Part shown: piece after piece, positions 44,345-54,266 of the stretch
Layout of the letters: each line of letters begins with the position of its first letter
How positions within the stretch are numbered: position 1 is the first letter of the stretch
IMG/VR virus record: IMGVR_UViG_3300007352_000001
Coordinates: 124,001 to 188,000 of that record
Strand: one strand, 5' to 3'
Length of the DNA: 64,000 bases
Notes under the pieces: model-generated
The model's database searches: none
The model's input: the letters and a program-made list of their open reading frames with translations, nothing else
What the model was told of the DNA's origin: nothing
Program-made: the position numbers and the translations under genes

Positions 44345-44793
44345 TGGCACGCCCCAGCTGGGACGAGTACTTCATGACGATCACGCGGCAGGTCTCGGAG
44401 CGCTCGACCTGTACGCGGGCGAAGGTGGGGGCGATCATCGTCCGTGACCGCAACATCCTAGCGACCGGCTACAACGGCTCTCCGTCCGGAGCCCCACACT
44501 GCCTCGATGTCGGCTGCTTGATGTTCAAGACGATCGACCCTGACGGCACCGAGGACGAGTACTGCTTCCGCACGATCCACGCGGAGATGAACGCGCTCAC
44601 GCAGGCGGCGAAGCATGGCTCGACAGTGCGCGACGCCGACCTCTACTGCACGCACTCGCCCTGTTACCACTGCTTCAAGGTCCTGATGAACACGGGGCTG
44701 CGGCGGATCTTCTACGTGAAGCCGTATCGGCTGGAGTCGATCGCCGAGCTGCGGCAGGTGGCGCCGGTTGAACTCGTTCCCATCCTGCTATGA
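44344..44793 (+). CDS. dCMP deaminase (ComEB-like)
   Basis: RPSWDEYF, RSTC.R.KVGA, TGYNG, HAEMNA, PCYHC. Confidence 0.93.
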   Translation: MARPSWDEYFMTITRQVSERSTCTRAKVGAIIVRDRNILATGYNGSPSGAPHCLDVGCLMFKTIDPDGTEDEYCFRTIHAEMNALTQAAKHGSTVRDADLYCTHSPCYHCFKVLMNTGLRRIFYVKPYRLESIAELRQVAPVELVPILL

Positions 44794-45062
44794 GTAGATG
44801 GGATCGGCGGTACATTGCCGCCCTCTGCGTCGTCCTAGCCGCGCTGGCGGGCTTTGCCGGCGCACAGCTCTCCTCGACCCCCAATGTCGTCTGCATCTGC
44901 CAGAAACGCCCCATTGCGTCCTGGGCGGCAATGCACGGCACACACACGAAGTTCACGTGCACTGTGATGGTGCCAGAGGGCGGGCTGCTCGTCCACGCGG
45001 ACTGTCTCTACGTCAACACGCACGAGGTCGTGAGGGAGTTCCGAGTCGATCGCCGACCGTAA
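44790..45062 (+). CDS. small secreted/membrane protein
   Basis: Signal-peptide-like N-terminus; ATGA overlap. Confidence 0.55.
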   Translation: MSRWDRRYIAALCVVLAALAGFAGAQLSSTPNVVCICQKRPIASWAAMHGTHTKFTCTVMVPEGGLLVHADCLYVNTHEVVREFRVDRRP

Positions 45063-45144
45063 CGGCCGGCCTCGTGTGGAATAAGCACTTGACCACGCGA
45101 TAAAACTTCGTCACCATCACGGCCGGATAGAGGAGGTGGTGGTG

Positions 45145-45297
45145 ATGGCGGAAGATCGACTCGTCGAGATCCGCGACGAGAAGGACCAGCTCGTGGGCTA
45201 TCGGTGCCCTGTCTGCAGTCGGTACTTCGGACTGCAGGAGCAGGTCCAGGCGCAAGGGTGCCTGGCCTCGCATCGCGAGCTGCTTGTCGAAGGCTGA
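45145..45297 (+). CDS. small Zn-finger protein (50 aa)
   Basis: Hand translation MAEDRLVEIRDEKDQLVGYRCPVCS...C..SH; SD GAGGAGG. Confidence 0.55.
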   Translation: MAEDRLVEIRDEKDQLVGYRCPVCSRYFGLQEQVQAQGCLASHRELLVEG

Positions 45298-46039
45298 ATC
45301 TAGCCGCTCGCCGTTGGTCGAGGCCGTGTTCGCCCCGTTCGAGCGGGCGGCGGCGTTCGAGGCCTTCAACCACTGGCAGCAGACGCTCGCTGCGTCGGCG
45401 CTTGACCAGGCTGTGCAGCTGGCGCTCCCGTGCGTCGGCTTCGCGTACCGGATCCTGTTCCTGCAGCAGGCGCGGATCCGCAAGCTCGACCCGATGACGC
45501 GCGACGAGTTACTGGCCGGCGGCGCGGCTGAGGTGTTCGAGCGCTTGCGAAACAAGCGGGATTTTGTGGGCGACGCCGACGCGTACGAGCGGTACCTCGT
45601 CGCCACCGCTCGCCGGCTGATGTCTGGCATGTGCCCGCGGCCGGAGGTCCTCGACTACGACGTGTCGAGCCTCTGGCACCCGATGGGACGCGTCCGTGAC
45701 ATCCGCGACGTCGAGTATCAGCTGCTGTTGGAGAAGCTACCCACGCTTCTGTGGCGCTACTTCCGTGACCAGTGCCGCCTGGTGGGCTCCGAACGCCACG
45801 CCGCGGCGGATGTGCTGCGCCGAATGCTGAGCGGCCGTGGGCTCGGGCTCATGCGGTTGAAACAACAGTTCCGAGTCCTCGATCCGGACTTCATTGTGAA
45901 CTACGTCCTCGTGCTCGTGCGCCGGTTCCTCTACGAACTACGTGCCGAGTACGGGCGCATTGTTGAGGTGCCGACGGAGTGGGCGCCGGTGTGGGGTGGT
46001 GGTGGCGGCGGTGATGGCAGCCGAACAACTGGTCGGTGA
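45284..46039 (+). CDS. hypothetical protein
   Basis: 251-aa ORF in the operon. Confidence 0.7.
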   Translation: MSKAESSRSPLVEAVFAPFERAAAFEAFNHWQQTLAASALDQAVQLALPCVGFAYRILFLQQARIRKLDPMTRDELLAGGAAEVFERLRNKRDFVGDADAYERYLVATARRLMSGMCPRPEVLDYDVSSLWHPMGRVRDIRDVEYQLLLEKLPTLLWRYFRDQCRLVGSERHAAADVLRRMLSGRGLGLMRLKQQFRVLDPDFIVNYVLVLVRRFLYELRAEYGRIVEVPTEWAPVWGGGGGGDGSRTTGR

Positions 46040-46379
46040 CGACGCGCTGAGCATCATCGACCCGGAAGTCCGGCGCCACTTCCCCATCTTCATGGCGCTG
46101 CTCTTCCAGCGGGTGCAGCGCACACTCTTGCCGGAGATCCTCGACATCTTCGGTGAAGAGGCGTTCCTCAAGTTCATCGACGTCTTCGCCGGTACCACGA
46201 TCACGGTGCCGGACCGGACCGTGCTCACCAACCTAGTCCGCGACGCCGACATCTACGCACGGCTGCAGGAAGGGGAAAGCACCGAGGCGCTCGCCAACAA
46301 GTACGGCATCACCCAGGAAGCCGTGCGCTGGATCCATCACCAGGTGAAGCGCGTGGCCGTAGAGGCGATCACGCCATGA
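46014..46379 (+). CDS. Mor/C-family transcription activator-like protein
   Basis: FG.EAFLKF...F.G..I.VP, RD..IY......S.E.LA.KYGIT...VR.I. Confidence 0.75.
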   Translation: MAAEQLVGDDALSIIDPEVRRHFPIFMALLFQRVQRTLLPEILDIFGEEAFLKFIDVFAGTTITVPDRTVLTNLVRDADIYARLQEGESTEALANKYGITQEAVRWIHHQVKRVAVEAITP

Positions 46380-47026
46380 CCAAGGCTTCTCCTCCCCCGA
46401 CTCCGAGCAACGTCGTGCCTATCGCGGGCAAGGGACGCCGTCGGAAGAAGGGCGCTGCTGCCGCGGCCCCACCACCACCGCCGGCTCCACCGCCACCAGA
46501 GCCGTCACAGGGCAACCTGAACAACATCGCTGGCTGGGTCGGACGTGACAGTGCCGATGTCGGTATGGCCGGTCCGTCGTTCCAATCAGTGGTGAAGAAC
46601 GGCCGCGACGAGATGGTCGTGATTCAGCTCGCGTACGCGCGCCACGTCGTCGCCAACCGCCTGCCTGGGCTGGTGAGTCTCGCCGGTCGCGTCGAGCAGG
46701 CGCTGATGAAGAAGCTCGACGGGAAGCTCGAAGACTTCGACGTCAAGCAGCTCTGGGGCATGCTCGGACTCACGCAGAAGCACATCGAGGCGTCGATGGC
46801 GGCGGTTCAGGTCGTTGTTGACGGGCCGAAGCCGATCATGCCGCCGCTCGATGATCCCAACCCGAGCGCCTCGCGGCAGCTCGCTGCCAACCTCCCCGAG
46901 CGCAGCCGTGAGCGCATGCGCCGCTTGATGCAGTACCTTGCGACCGCCGCCGAGCAGTTCTCGGACGACGAGCGTGCGGCGACTGCCCGCCCGATCACTG
47001 ATGATCCTCCAACCAACCCAGGATGA
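46376..47026 (+). CDS. putative terminase small subunit
   Basis: Position directly before terL, helical; function inferred from synteny only. Confidence 0.4.
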   Translation: MTKASPPPTPSNVVPIAGKGRRRKKGAAAAAPPPPPAPPPPEPSQGNLNNIAGWVGRDSADVGMAGPSFQSVVKNGRDEMVVIQLAYARHVVANRLPGLVSLAGRVEQALMKKLDGKLEDFDVKQLWGMLGLTQKHIEASMAAVQVVVDGPKPIMPPLDDPNPSASRQLAANLPERSRERMRRLMQYLATAAEQFSDDERAATARPITDDPPTNPG

Positions 47027-49052
47027 GCAGCGGCTGCTCGCGCGTGTGCTTGATGAAGCGAAGCATCACGACCGGATCTTCTTCAACGCGCTCTCTGACC
47101 ACGAGCAGCAGGCCGCGCTAGCGATGCTTCGCGAGTTGCGCCTGCAGGGCAACTCGCCAACGCTCGATCAGTTCTGGGAGATCGACTACGAACGCCGGCC
47201 GTTGACGGTCGCGCAGTTCTTCGACGACCCGTACCACTGCGGGAAGTTCTTGCACGAGAACCTCTACGACGTCTGGCGACAGGATATGCAGGACGTCGTC
47301 GAGGGGCACTGCATCGAGTGGATCTTGGCCGGCGCCATCGGCGTGGGGAAGACCACGGTCGCCATGGCGTTCATGCTCTACATGATCCAGCGTCTGCTCT
47401 GCATGCGCGACCCGTGCGGGTACTACAAGACGCCGGCCGGCATCGTCTTCGCGTTCTTCTCGATCATCGTGCACCTCGCCAAGTCAGTCGAGTACAACAT
47501 CCTCACCACCGAGTTGCTCGACTCTGAGTTCTTCCGCTCGCTGACCGCTGTCGACGAGGACAAGCGGCGCACCGAGCAGAACGCCGTGCTCCTCTTCCCG
47601 AAGAACATCAAGTTCGCCTTCGGGTCGAAGGCCGTCCACACCCTCGGCCAGAACGTCTACGCCGGGGTGATGGACGAGGTGGCGTTCGCCGGAGGCACCG
47701 AGAACTCGCAGATGGTCACGCTCTACAACAACGTCCGGCGCCGCATGGAGTCGCGTTTCATGGACGAGCAGAGCGAGGACCAGCCGGGCGTGCTCTGCAT
47801 CGTGTCGTCGGCCAACCGTGAGGGTGACTTCCTCGACACCCACATCAAGGCGCACCGTGACGACCCCATGGTGCACATCAGCACCTACGCCCGCTGGCAC
47901 GTGAAGCCGTTCCCTGGCCCGTGGTTCCGCGTCCAGGTTGGTGACAAGCTGCACGCCTCGCGCGTCCTCGACGTCGTCGAGGAGAGCGTTGACCGTAAGG
48001 GTGAGCGCAAGGTGGTGCCACAGTCCGAGCCTGCCCTGGGCGCCAACGTCGTCGAAGTGCCAGCGCAGTTCTACCAGCAGTTCGTCGAGGACATTGAAGG
48101 CGCCTTGCGTGACATTGCCGGTGTCTCGATCTTCACCTCGAACCCGGTGTTCCCACACCGCGAGAAGATCTACGCCTGCGCCACCGACGAGCTGCCCTTC
48201 CCATTCACCGTCGACGAGCCGCGGGTGCACATTCACTCTGACATCGAGCTGGAGCACGTGTTCAAGAAGGAGGCGCTCTTCAAGTGCGTCGATCCCTTCC
48301 GCGATGTTTGGCAGATCATTCGCCACCCGGCGTCGCCGCGGTTTGTTCACGTCGACCTTGGGCTGAAGCACGACTCGTGCGGCATCGCGATCTGTCACAT
48401 CGCGGGTGTGAAGACCGTCACGCGTCTCGACAACCAGGACAAGGCGCACCAGGAGGTCGCTCCAATGGTCGAGTTCGACCTGGTGGTGCGCATCCCGCCG
48501 ACACCGAACTCCGAGATCGACATCGCCAAGGTGCGCTCGTTCATCTTCTTCTTGATCAAGCTCGGGATGCCGGTGCAGTTCGTCAGCTACGACGGCTTCG
48601 CCTCCGAGGAGTCGCTGCAGGTGTTCGTGAAGGCGTCGATCGAGGCCAAGCGCATCTCGGTCGACAAAGACCCGGCCGCATACCTCTCGCTCAAGTCGGC
48701 GATCATGGAGGAGCGGGCGCGGTACTACGGGTACGAGCCGATGATGCGCGAGCTGGCGCAGCTGCAGCGCGTCGACCCCAAGCCAGGCACAATCATGTGG
48801 CACCGCAAGTTCAAGATCGACCACCCGCCGAAGGGCTCGAAGGACGCCTCCGACGCCGCGGCCGGCGCGTGCTACATGTGCGTGACCAGCAAGTTCGCCG
48901 AGACGCAGCTGCTCTCGCCGGAGGTCCTGGCCGGCGCCAAGGAGGCCTTCGGCAAGCCGCCGCTGCAGATACCGGCTGAGCCGATTAGCTGGGCCATCCG
49001 CGACCACGACGAGGCCGACGTCATCGCCAAGTACCTCGATGGTGGATTCTGA
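47001..49052 (+). CDS. terminase large subunit
   Basis: GAIGVGKT Walker A, MDE Walker B, VSSA coupling motif, HVDLG nuclease Asp, HP..GSKDASDA. Confidence 0.88.
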   Translation: MILQPTQDEQRLLARVLDEAKHHDRIFFNALSDHEQQAALAMLRELRLQGNSPTLDQFWEIDYERRPLTVAQFFDDPYHCGKFLHENLYDVWRQDMQDVVEGHCIEWILAGAIGVGKTTVAMAFMLYMIQRLLCMRDPCGYYKTPAGIVFAFFSIIVHLAKSVEYNILTTELLDSEFFRSLTAVDEDKRRTEQNAVLLFPKNIKFAFGSKAVHTLGQNVYAGVMDEVAFAGGTENSQMVTLYNNVRRRMESRFMDEQSEDQPGVLCIVSSANREGDFLDTHIKAHRDDPMVHISTYARWHVKPFPGPWFRVQVGDKLHASRVLDVVEESVDRKGERKVVPQSEPALGANVVEVPAQFYQQFVEDIEGALRDIAGVSIFTSNPVFPHREKIYACATDELPFPFTVDEPRVHIHSDIELEHVFKKEALFKCVDPFRDVWQIIRHPASPRFVHVDLGLKHDSCGIAICHIAGVKTVTRLDNQDKAHQEVAPMVEFDLVVRIPPTPNSEIDIAKVRSFIFFLIKLGMPVQFVSYDGFASEESLQVFVKASIEAKRISVDKDPAAYLSLKSAIMEERARYYGYEPMMRELAQLQRVDPKPGTIMWHRKFKIDHPPKGSKDASDAAAGACYMCVTSKFAETQLLSPEVLAGAKEAFGKPPLQIPAEPISWAIRDHDEADVIAKYLDGGF

Positions 49053-49090
49053 GGAGTTGCGCATGGGGTGTGGAGCTGACACTCTGACGC

Positions 49091-49179
49091 GGGACAGTGG
49101 CCGAGTCCGGCTGAAGGCACCAGTCTCGAAAACTGGCGACGGCGCAAGTCGTCCGAGCGTTCAAATCGCTCCTGTCCCG
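49091..49179 (+). tRNA. tRNA-Ser(CGA)
   Basis: GGGACAG/CTGTCCC acceptor, loop CTCGAAA, long variable arm GACGGC-GCAA-GTCGTC. Confidence 0.93.
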
Positions 49180-49244
49180 CCTTCCCAGGACCGGGAGGAG
49201 TCCCACGGGCTCCTCCCGTGTCCAACCTGGCGACGAGGGTGGTG

Positions 49245-49586
49245 ATGTCACACCGTAACCTCGTCGTCCGCCGTCTCGCTCGGGAGACGAACATCTCGCT
49301 GGAGGTCGCGCAGCAGCGCTACGCCGAGCTGTGCACCGTCATGCAGCAGCTGCTCGTTGAAGGATGCGACGTGCGTCTCACCGGGATCGGGAAGATCGTC
49401 CCCGATCATCACCCGGCGCCGCATCGCGCGATTGTGCGCTTTGTCGCCGGCAAGGGCCTGCGGGCTGCCCTGCGACAGATCTTGAAGCCTACCGAGTGGG
49501 AGAAGGATCCATTCAGCTCGACCGAAGGCATTCGTGGTATAGACCAGACTTGGGCTGCGGTGGTGGGCCGCGAGCACGGAGGGTAG
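49245..49586 (+). CDS. HU/IHF-like DNA-binding protein
   Basis: LV..LA....IS...A, L..G..V.L.GIGK, V.F.AGK.LR.AL. Confidence 0.7.
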   Translation: MSHRNLVVRRLARETNISLEVAQQRYAELCTVMQQLLVEGCDVRLTGIGKIVPDHHPAPHRAIVRFVAGKGLRAALRQILKPTEWEKDPFSSTEGIRGIDQTWAAVVGREHGG

Positions 49587-49590
49587 GCGG

Positions 49591-51240
49591 ATGGCGTGGT
49601 GGCAGGAAGTGCTCCAACAGCTGTACCAACGGCCGCAGATCGACGGGCCGGCGATCGGCGATGAACTCAGTCCGATCGGTGCGTTCTACGCGCACCAGAT
49701 GCAGCTCGGCAGCCAGCGCATCAAGAAGTACAAGGACTACACCGACATGGCTGCCGACACGCTCATCTCGGGCGCGCTCGACATCTACGCCGACGAGGTG
49801 ACGCAGTACGATCGTGTCCAGGGCTCCTCGATCTGGCCGGTGGCAAAGAACCGCCAGGTCGGCCAGGCGCTGCGCAAGCTCCTCGACAACATCGAGGCTG
49901 AGCAGTACTTGCACGGGCTCGCGCGCTACCTGTCGTGCATGGGCGACAACTTCGTCCACCCGCTCTTCTCATCGCAGACTGGCGGCATCGTCGGCATGGA
50001 GTTCGTCGACGCCGAAGACGTCGAGCGCATCGTCGACAAGTTCAACCGCCTGGTTGGCTTCCGCTACGGCGGGCAGCGCAAGCTCCTCGACCCGTGGTCG
50101 TTCATCCACTTCCGGATTGTCTCGCGTACGCAATCGGTGAAGCTCGGTGGTGGGATCTACGGCACCTCGATGCTGGAGAACGCGCGCAAGACGTGGCGGC
50201 AGCTGACGCTGCTCGAAGATGCGCTGGTCGTCTACCGCCTCGAACTTGGAGGCCGGCACCGCGTGTTCTACATCGACGTCGGCAACACGCCGTACGAACG
50301 CGCGCTGCGCATCGTGCGCCTCTACAAGCGCGAGTTTGGCAAGCGTCAGTACTACAACCCGCAGTCGGGCGAGTGGACCTCGCGCTTCAACCCGCTGCAC
50401 CTGACCTCCGACATCTTCTGGCCGGTGCGCAAGAACTCCGAGTCGCGCATCGACTACCTCGGCACCGACCCGAACGTCGCCTCGATCGTCGACATCGACT
50501 ACTTCCGCAACAAGCTCTTCGCCGCGCTCAAGATCCCGAAGGCCTACTTGGGCGGCGACGAGTACAGCTCGACACGCTACGGCCTGTCGCAGATCGACAT
50601 CCAGTTCGCGCGCACGGTCAAGCGGTTGCAGCGCGCGATCAAGCAGGGCTTCTACCGCATGGGCCAAGTGCACCTGAAGCTCTGCGGCATCAACCCGCTC
50701 GATCCGATGAACGACTTCGACCTGGAGATGGCGATCATCTCCACGCTCGATCAGGAACAGCGGATCATGGCCATGGACCTCTCGATCCAGCTGGCCGCGA
50801 AGCTGAAGGACCTCGGCTTGGCGATCGGCATCCCCGAAGACCAGCTGAACTCCTACATCGCGCGCCACATCCTCGGTCTCTCGCCGCACGACCTGCGCAT
50901 CATCGGACAAGATCCGGAGGTGATCCCGCAGCCGGGGCAGCTCACCTCGGGCGTGAACGGCGAGGATGCACACGGCTCGCTGGTGACCGAAGCGTTCCAG
51001 TTGCTACGCGAAGATCCGGAGATCGACCGCATCACGCGGCTGCTGCGCTACCAGACGGGGGCGGACGAAGAGGACCGTTTCCGCAAGGGCGCCAACCGGT
51101 TCAGCCTCGAACAGCTGCAGCTCCTCGAACAGGACCGCCAGTTCGAGGCCCAAGAGCGCATGCACGACCCGAACGTCGACGACAACGTGAAGTCGTACGA
51201 GGCTGGGGAGGAACCTAGTCCACCACGTCGACAGCCGTAA
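49591..51240 (+). CDS. portal protein (T4 gp20-like)
   Basis: ALDIYADE, HFR, LEDALVVYR, R.VFYIDVGN.P...A, DIF.PVR, DI.YFR.KLF.ALKIP. Confidence 0.9.
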   Translation: MAWWQEVLQQLYQRPQIDGPAIGDELSPIGAFYAHQMQLGSQRIKKYKDYTDMAADTLISGALDIYADEVTQYDRVQGSSIWPVAKNRQVGQALRKLLDNIEAEQYLHGLARYLSCMGDNFVHPLFSSQTGGIVGMEFVDAEDVERIVDKFNRLVGFRYGGQRKLLDPWSFIHFRIVSRTQSVKLGGGIYGTSMLENARKTWRQLTLLEDALVVYRLELGGRHRVFYIDVGNTPYERALRIVRLYKREFGKRQYYNPQSGEWTSRFNPLHLTSDIFWPVRKNSESRIDYLGTDPNVASIVDIDYFRNKLFAALKIPKAYLGGDEYSSTRYGLSQIDIQFARTVKRLQRAIKQGFYRMGQVHLKLCGINPLDPMNDFDLEMAIISTLDQEQRIMAMDLSIQLAAKLKDLGLAIGIPEDQLNSYIARHILGLSPHDLRIIGQDPEVIPQPGQLTSGVNGEDAHGSLVTEAFQLLREDPEIDRITRLLRYQTGADEEDRFRKGANRFSLEQLQLLEQDRQFEAQERMHDPNVDDNVKSYEAGEEPSPPRRQP

Positions 51241-51643
51241 GGCCTTCTGTGAGGGCGAGTCGGGAAGAGCCCCCGACTCGCCACCGCGCGACGACTGTGA
51301 CGTCGATTGGCCGCGCATAGAACGTCTCACCACCTGGTTTGGTGAAGTACGTCTCCAGTCGGACGAAGCCGGCATTGAGGGCGACAATCCACACGGTGCG
51401 CCAGTCGTTCTTCTCCGGCTCAACGCGAATGACGGTGGAGCTAGTCGGGCTCAGGAGGTAGTTGACGATCGCGTCCTCGGCGATCTCTGACCTGAGTAGG
51501 TACTTCTTTCCCAGCTCCAGGCACGCCACGCGCGCTGGGATCACTCCATGCAACTGGTGAGCGGCGCAGCGGGCTTGATCGAGTCGCTCTTGAGCGCGCC
51601 GAAACTTACGCTCCCGCCGCGACGAGCGCGACACCGTCGCCAT
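51215..51643 (-). CDS. hypothetical protein
   Basis: First gene of the convergent minus-strand block. Confidence 0.5.
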   Translation of the reverse strand: MATVSRSSRRERKFRRAQERLDQARCAAHQLHGVIPARVACLELGKKYLLRSEIAEDAIVNYLLSPTSSTVIRVEPEKNDWRTVWIVALNAGFVRLETYFTKPGGETFYARPIDVTVVARWRVGGSSRLALTEGLTAVDVVD

Positions 51644-52709
51644 CCTCTTCGTCCTCGATTAGGCCGTGGTGCTTGCTCGGCTCGATGTTCACCGGCGACG
51701 CGCCGGCTCGCAGTTCGAGTCGCCGCGTCCGCTTGCCCGAGTTGACGTGCGCGAGCATCAAGTGGAGCAGGAGATCACGAGCCTTGCCGCTGCCGCCGGA
51801 GACGCGGCTGACGGTCGGGTCGGCCGTGTTGAAGAGTTTCAACTTCTTCACGATGTCGGTCTCGACCACGAGCTGCTCACCGCGCCAGAAGTTGGTGTGC
51901 CGGCTGAACAGCATGGCCACGCACTGCAGGAAGGTGAGCCGCATGTGCACCGCCCCTTCCTTGAAGGTGATGCAGCGCACGCCCCAGGCCTGGTCGACAA
52001 CGTCGAAGAAGGTGACGACATTCTTGCGCAAGGTCTGCCGCGTGATCCGGCGCTGCACCTTCTGCAGGCCGGGCGCCAGGTGCGACAGGCTCATGTGCAG
52101 CACGCCGCCCAGGTGGCCGTGCAAGAAGCCGACGATCTTCAAGTAGGCCATCGCCGATAGGAGGTGGTCGCGCTGCATGCGCTGCGTCCAGCAGATCCGG
52201 TTCTTCATCGAGAAGTCACTGTCGAAGGTCAGTCGGTGCAGCATGTCGATCGCCTCGTTGCTCTCGCACATGTTGCGCGCCAGCACGTTCGGCGAGAGCT
52301 TGTTGCGATCGACGTTCAGGATCCGGAACCGCTCGCGTTCCCAGTCCTTCGTCGTGTCGAAGTGCACGATGCAGCCGACACGCGGCACGCCGCCTTTCTG
52401 CATGAAGAAGCGCGCCGCCGAGGTCCGCTGCAGGCCGTCGATGATGAAGATGTCGTCCGGCAGATAGAACGCGCCATCGCGTTCGGTGTACCGCTGCCCG
52501 CGCATGCCGAGTTCGATGTCCGGCACGCGACCGCCAGTCTCGAACGCCTTCAGCAGCTTGGTGATCTGCGCGATCGGTAGGACTTCGCGCTGGTAGTCGT
52601 CAACCTTCAGCTCGTTGAGCGACTTCGGGTCCACCTCACCGCGCAGAACGATGTCGTGCCCGTTCTCGGCGAGCGCGCCGTTGATGATCTTGACACTGGC
52701 CATCCCCAC
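51606..52709 (-). CDS. DGQHR/ParB-like domain protein
   Basis: DDYQRE, FIIDGLQRT, F..LN......S.N. Confidence 0.65.
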   Translation of the reverse strand: MGMASVKIINGALAENGHDIVLRGEVDPKSLNELKVDDYQREVLPIAQITKLLKAFETGGRVPDIELGMRGQRYTERDGAFYLPDDIFIIDGLQRTSAARFFMQKGGVPRVGCIVHFDTTKDWERERFRILNVDRNKLSPNVLARNMCESNEAIDMLHRLTFDSDFSMKNRICWTQRMQRDHLLSAMAYLKIVGFLHGHLGGVLHMSLSHLAPGLQKVQRRITRQTLRKNVVTFFDVVDQAWGVRCITFKEGAVHMRLTFLQCVAMLFSRHTNFWRGEQLVVETDIVKKLKLFNTADPTVSRVSGGSGKARDLLLHLMLAHVNSGKRTRRLELRAGASPVNIEPSKHHGLIEDEEDGDGVALVAAGA

Positions 52710-52718
52710 ATCCTCCCA

Positions 52719-53243
52719 TCAGTTGGCACCCTGGATCACGTCGACCATGTTGGTGCGCATGCGACACGGATACGGAACTCCATCGACCCGGCATTGGATC
52801 CAGGCGGTGTTCGAGTGGCCTGGAGCTTTGCCGCGGACGTCGAGGCCGAAAGCGACGCCGGAACCGCTGACAGGCGCGGGGCAGACAAAGCGCAGTTGCG
52901 CTTCCATGACCCACGTCTTGCCGTCCTGGACCCAGGACTGTCCGCCGAGGTCCGTCGTGCTCGCGTCACAGCCGGCGAACATGCCGACCGGGTGCACGGC
53001 CAGGAACTCGACGAGTGCGCGATCCAGCTGAATGATCAGCTCGATCCGCTGCAGAGGTGGCAAATCGACCGCCCCGTAGTAGAGGGTGCCAATCTCACCA
53101 ACTGCGATGGTGATCGGTTGGACTGGGTCCGTGACGACGGCTGATGCCGTCATGCCTACCGCGGCGCGCGGAACGGCCTTGGGAACGGCTGCGCTACAGC
53201 CGGCCACCACCCCGCACACCAACACCACCAACCAACCACGCAC
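52719..53243 (-). CDS. putative lipoprotein
   Basis: Signal peptide with lipobox-like VAGC. Confidence 0.55.
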   Translation of the reverse strand: MRGWLVVLVCGVVAGCSAAVPKAVPRAAVGMTASAVVTDPVQPITIAVGEIGTLYYGAVDLPPLQRIELIIQLDRALVEFLAVHPVGMFAGCDASTTDLGGQSWVQDGKTWVMEAQLRFVCPAPVSGSGVAFGLDVRGKAPGHSNTAWIQCRVDGVPYPCRMRTNMVDVIQGAN

Positions 53244-53288
53244 GGTCGGTGGGCTAGCATACTTCTGCCCGACTTGTCGAGCAGCTGG

Positions 53289-53774
53289 CTACTCGTCGTC
53301 CTCGTCGTGTCGGCTCGGGCGTAGGGTCTGTTCGATCAGGTACTTCACCCGGCCCTTGTGTTTCTCGGCTATCAGGGGCTCGCCGCCCACGCCGACGCCG
53401 ACCAGCGACTGCATGATAGAATGCACCTGCCGCGACGCTTTCCGCTCAGCCTTCTGTCGCTTGGCTTCGCGATCGGACTCCCAGCGCAAGATGTCAGCGG
53501 GTTCGATCCCACAAGCACGAATCAGGTTGTTGACGATGGCCAGGACGGTGCGCGCATCTTCCTTGCCGAGCAGGTTGTAGAGGTAGGCCTCACTGAAAAA
53601 CGGTGCGTCCTCGTCGCCTTTCGCGTAGCCTCTGCTCTTCGAGAAGAAGCCGGCGTGCGGGCGATCTTCCAGCTTCACCGTGAACAGCTGGCTGATCGCA
53701 CGCTTGAGCGTGCGGCTGCAGACGTGCGTGAGGCGCTGCTTGCACCGGTCGCAGCGGATGCTCAGTTGTTCCAT
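53289..53774 (-). CDS. hypothetical protein
   Basis: SD GGAGG; CDRC motif. Confidence 0.7.
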   Translation of the reverse strand: MEQLSIRCDRCKQRLTHVCSRTLKRAISQLFTVKLEDRPHAGFFSKSRGYAKGDEDAPFFSEAYLYNLLGKEDARTVLAIVNNLIRACGIEPADILRWESDREAKRQKAERKASRQVHSIMQSLVGVGVGGEPLIAEKHKGRVKYLIEQTLRPSRHDEDDE

Positions 53775-53777
53775 GCG

Positions 53778-54266
53778 TTACCTCCGAAGTTGAAACACGA
53801 CAGGGAAACGACTGCGCGAGACGCCGTCGGCGTAGGTCACCGCCGACTCCTCGTCGAGGAAGAGACGGTGCGTGGCGAGCGCGGGCTTGCGCTCGTCGAG
53901 GCAGAGGATGACGAAGCCGGCTGGACGGTCGTGTTTCTTGATGCGATCGACGGGGATGGCCTGCCCTTCGCGCTGGTGGCGTTCGTAGGCGATCCGACAC
54001 TCGCGGATCGCGAAGAGCGTCATCTCAGGATAGCCGGCACGGCGGTAAGCGCGCAGCCGCACGTAGTCGTCGTGCCCGTCGAGCTGGGTCTGGCAGTTGT
54101 CGCAGATTCGCTGACGCTTCCCGAGATGAACGCGCCGGCTGCTGCACGACGTGCACACGGGCTCACCACAGTGCCCGCACGTGCCGACGGGCTGGTAGTA
54201 GTCGAACCCGGCCGGCGCGCGGCACCCTTGGTTGACCACTGTGCAGGAATCGAAGTCTCCGCTCAT
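53778..54266 (-). CDS. Cys-rich zinc-finger protein
   Basis: CGHCG..VC..C, IC.NC. Confidence 0.65.
   Translation of the reverse strand: MSGDFDSCTVVNQGCRAPAGFDYYQPVGTCGHCGEPVCTSCSSRRVHLGKRQRICDNCQTQLDGHDDYVRLRAYRRAGYPEMTLFAIRECRIAYERHQREGQAIPVDRIKKHDRPAGFVILCLDERKPALATHRLFLDEESAVTYADGVSRSRFPVVFQLRR

Noticed and set aside
45182-45192. 11-nt match (AGGACCAGCTC) to the candidate guide
   Set aside because: Short; 10-nt matches also occur near 14078 and 31224, so it is compatible with chance; no T-rich TAM adjacent
47484-49082. 532-aa minus-strand ORF
   Set aside because: Shadow of the terminase
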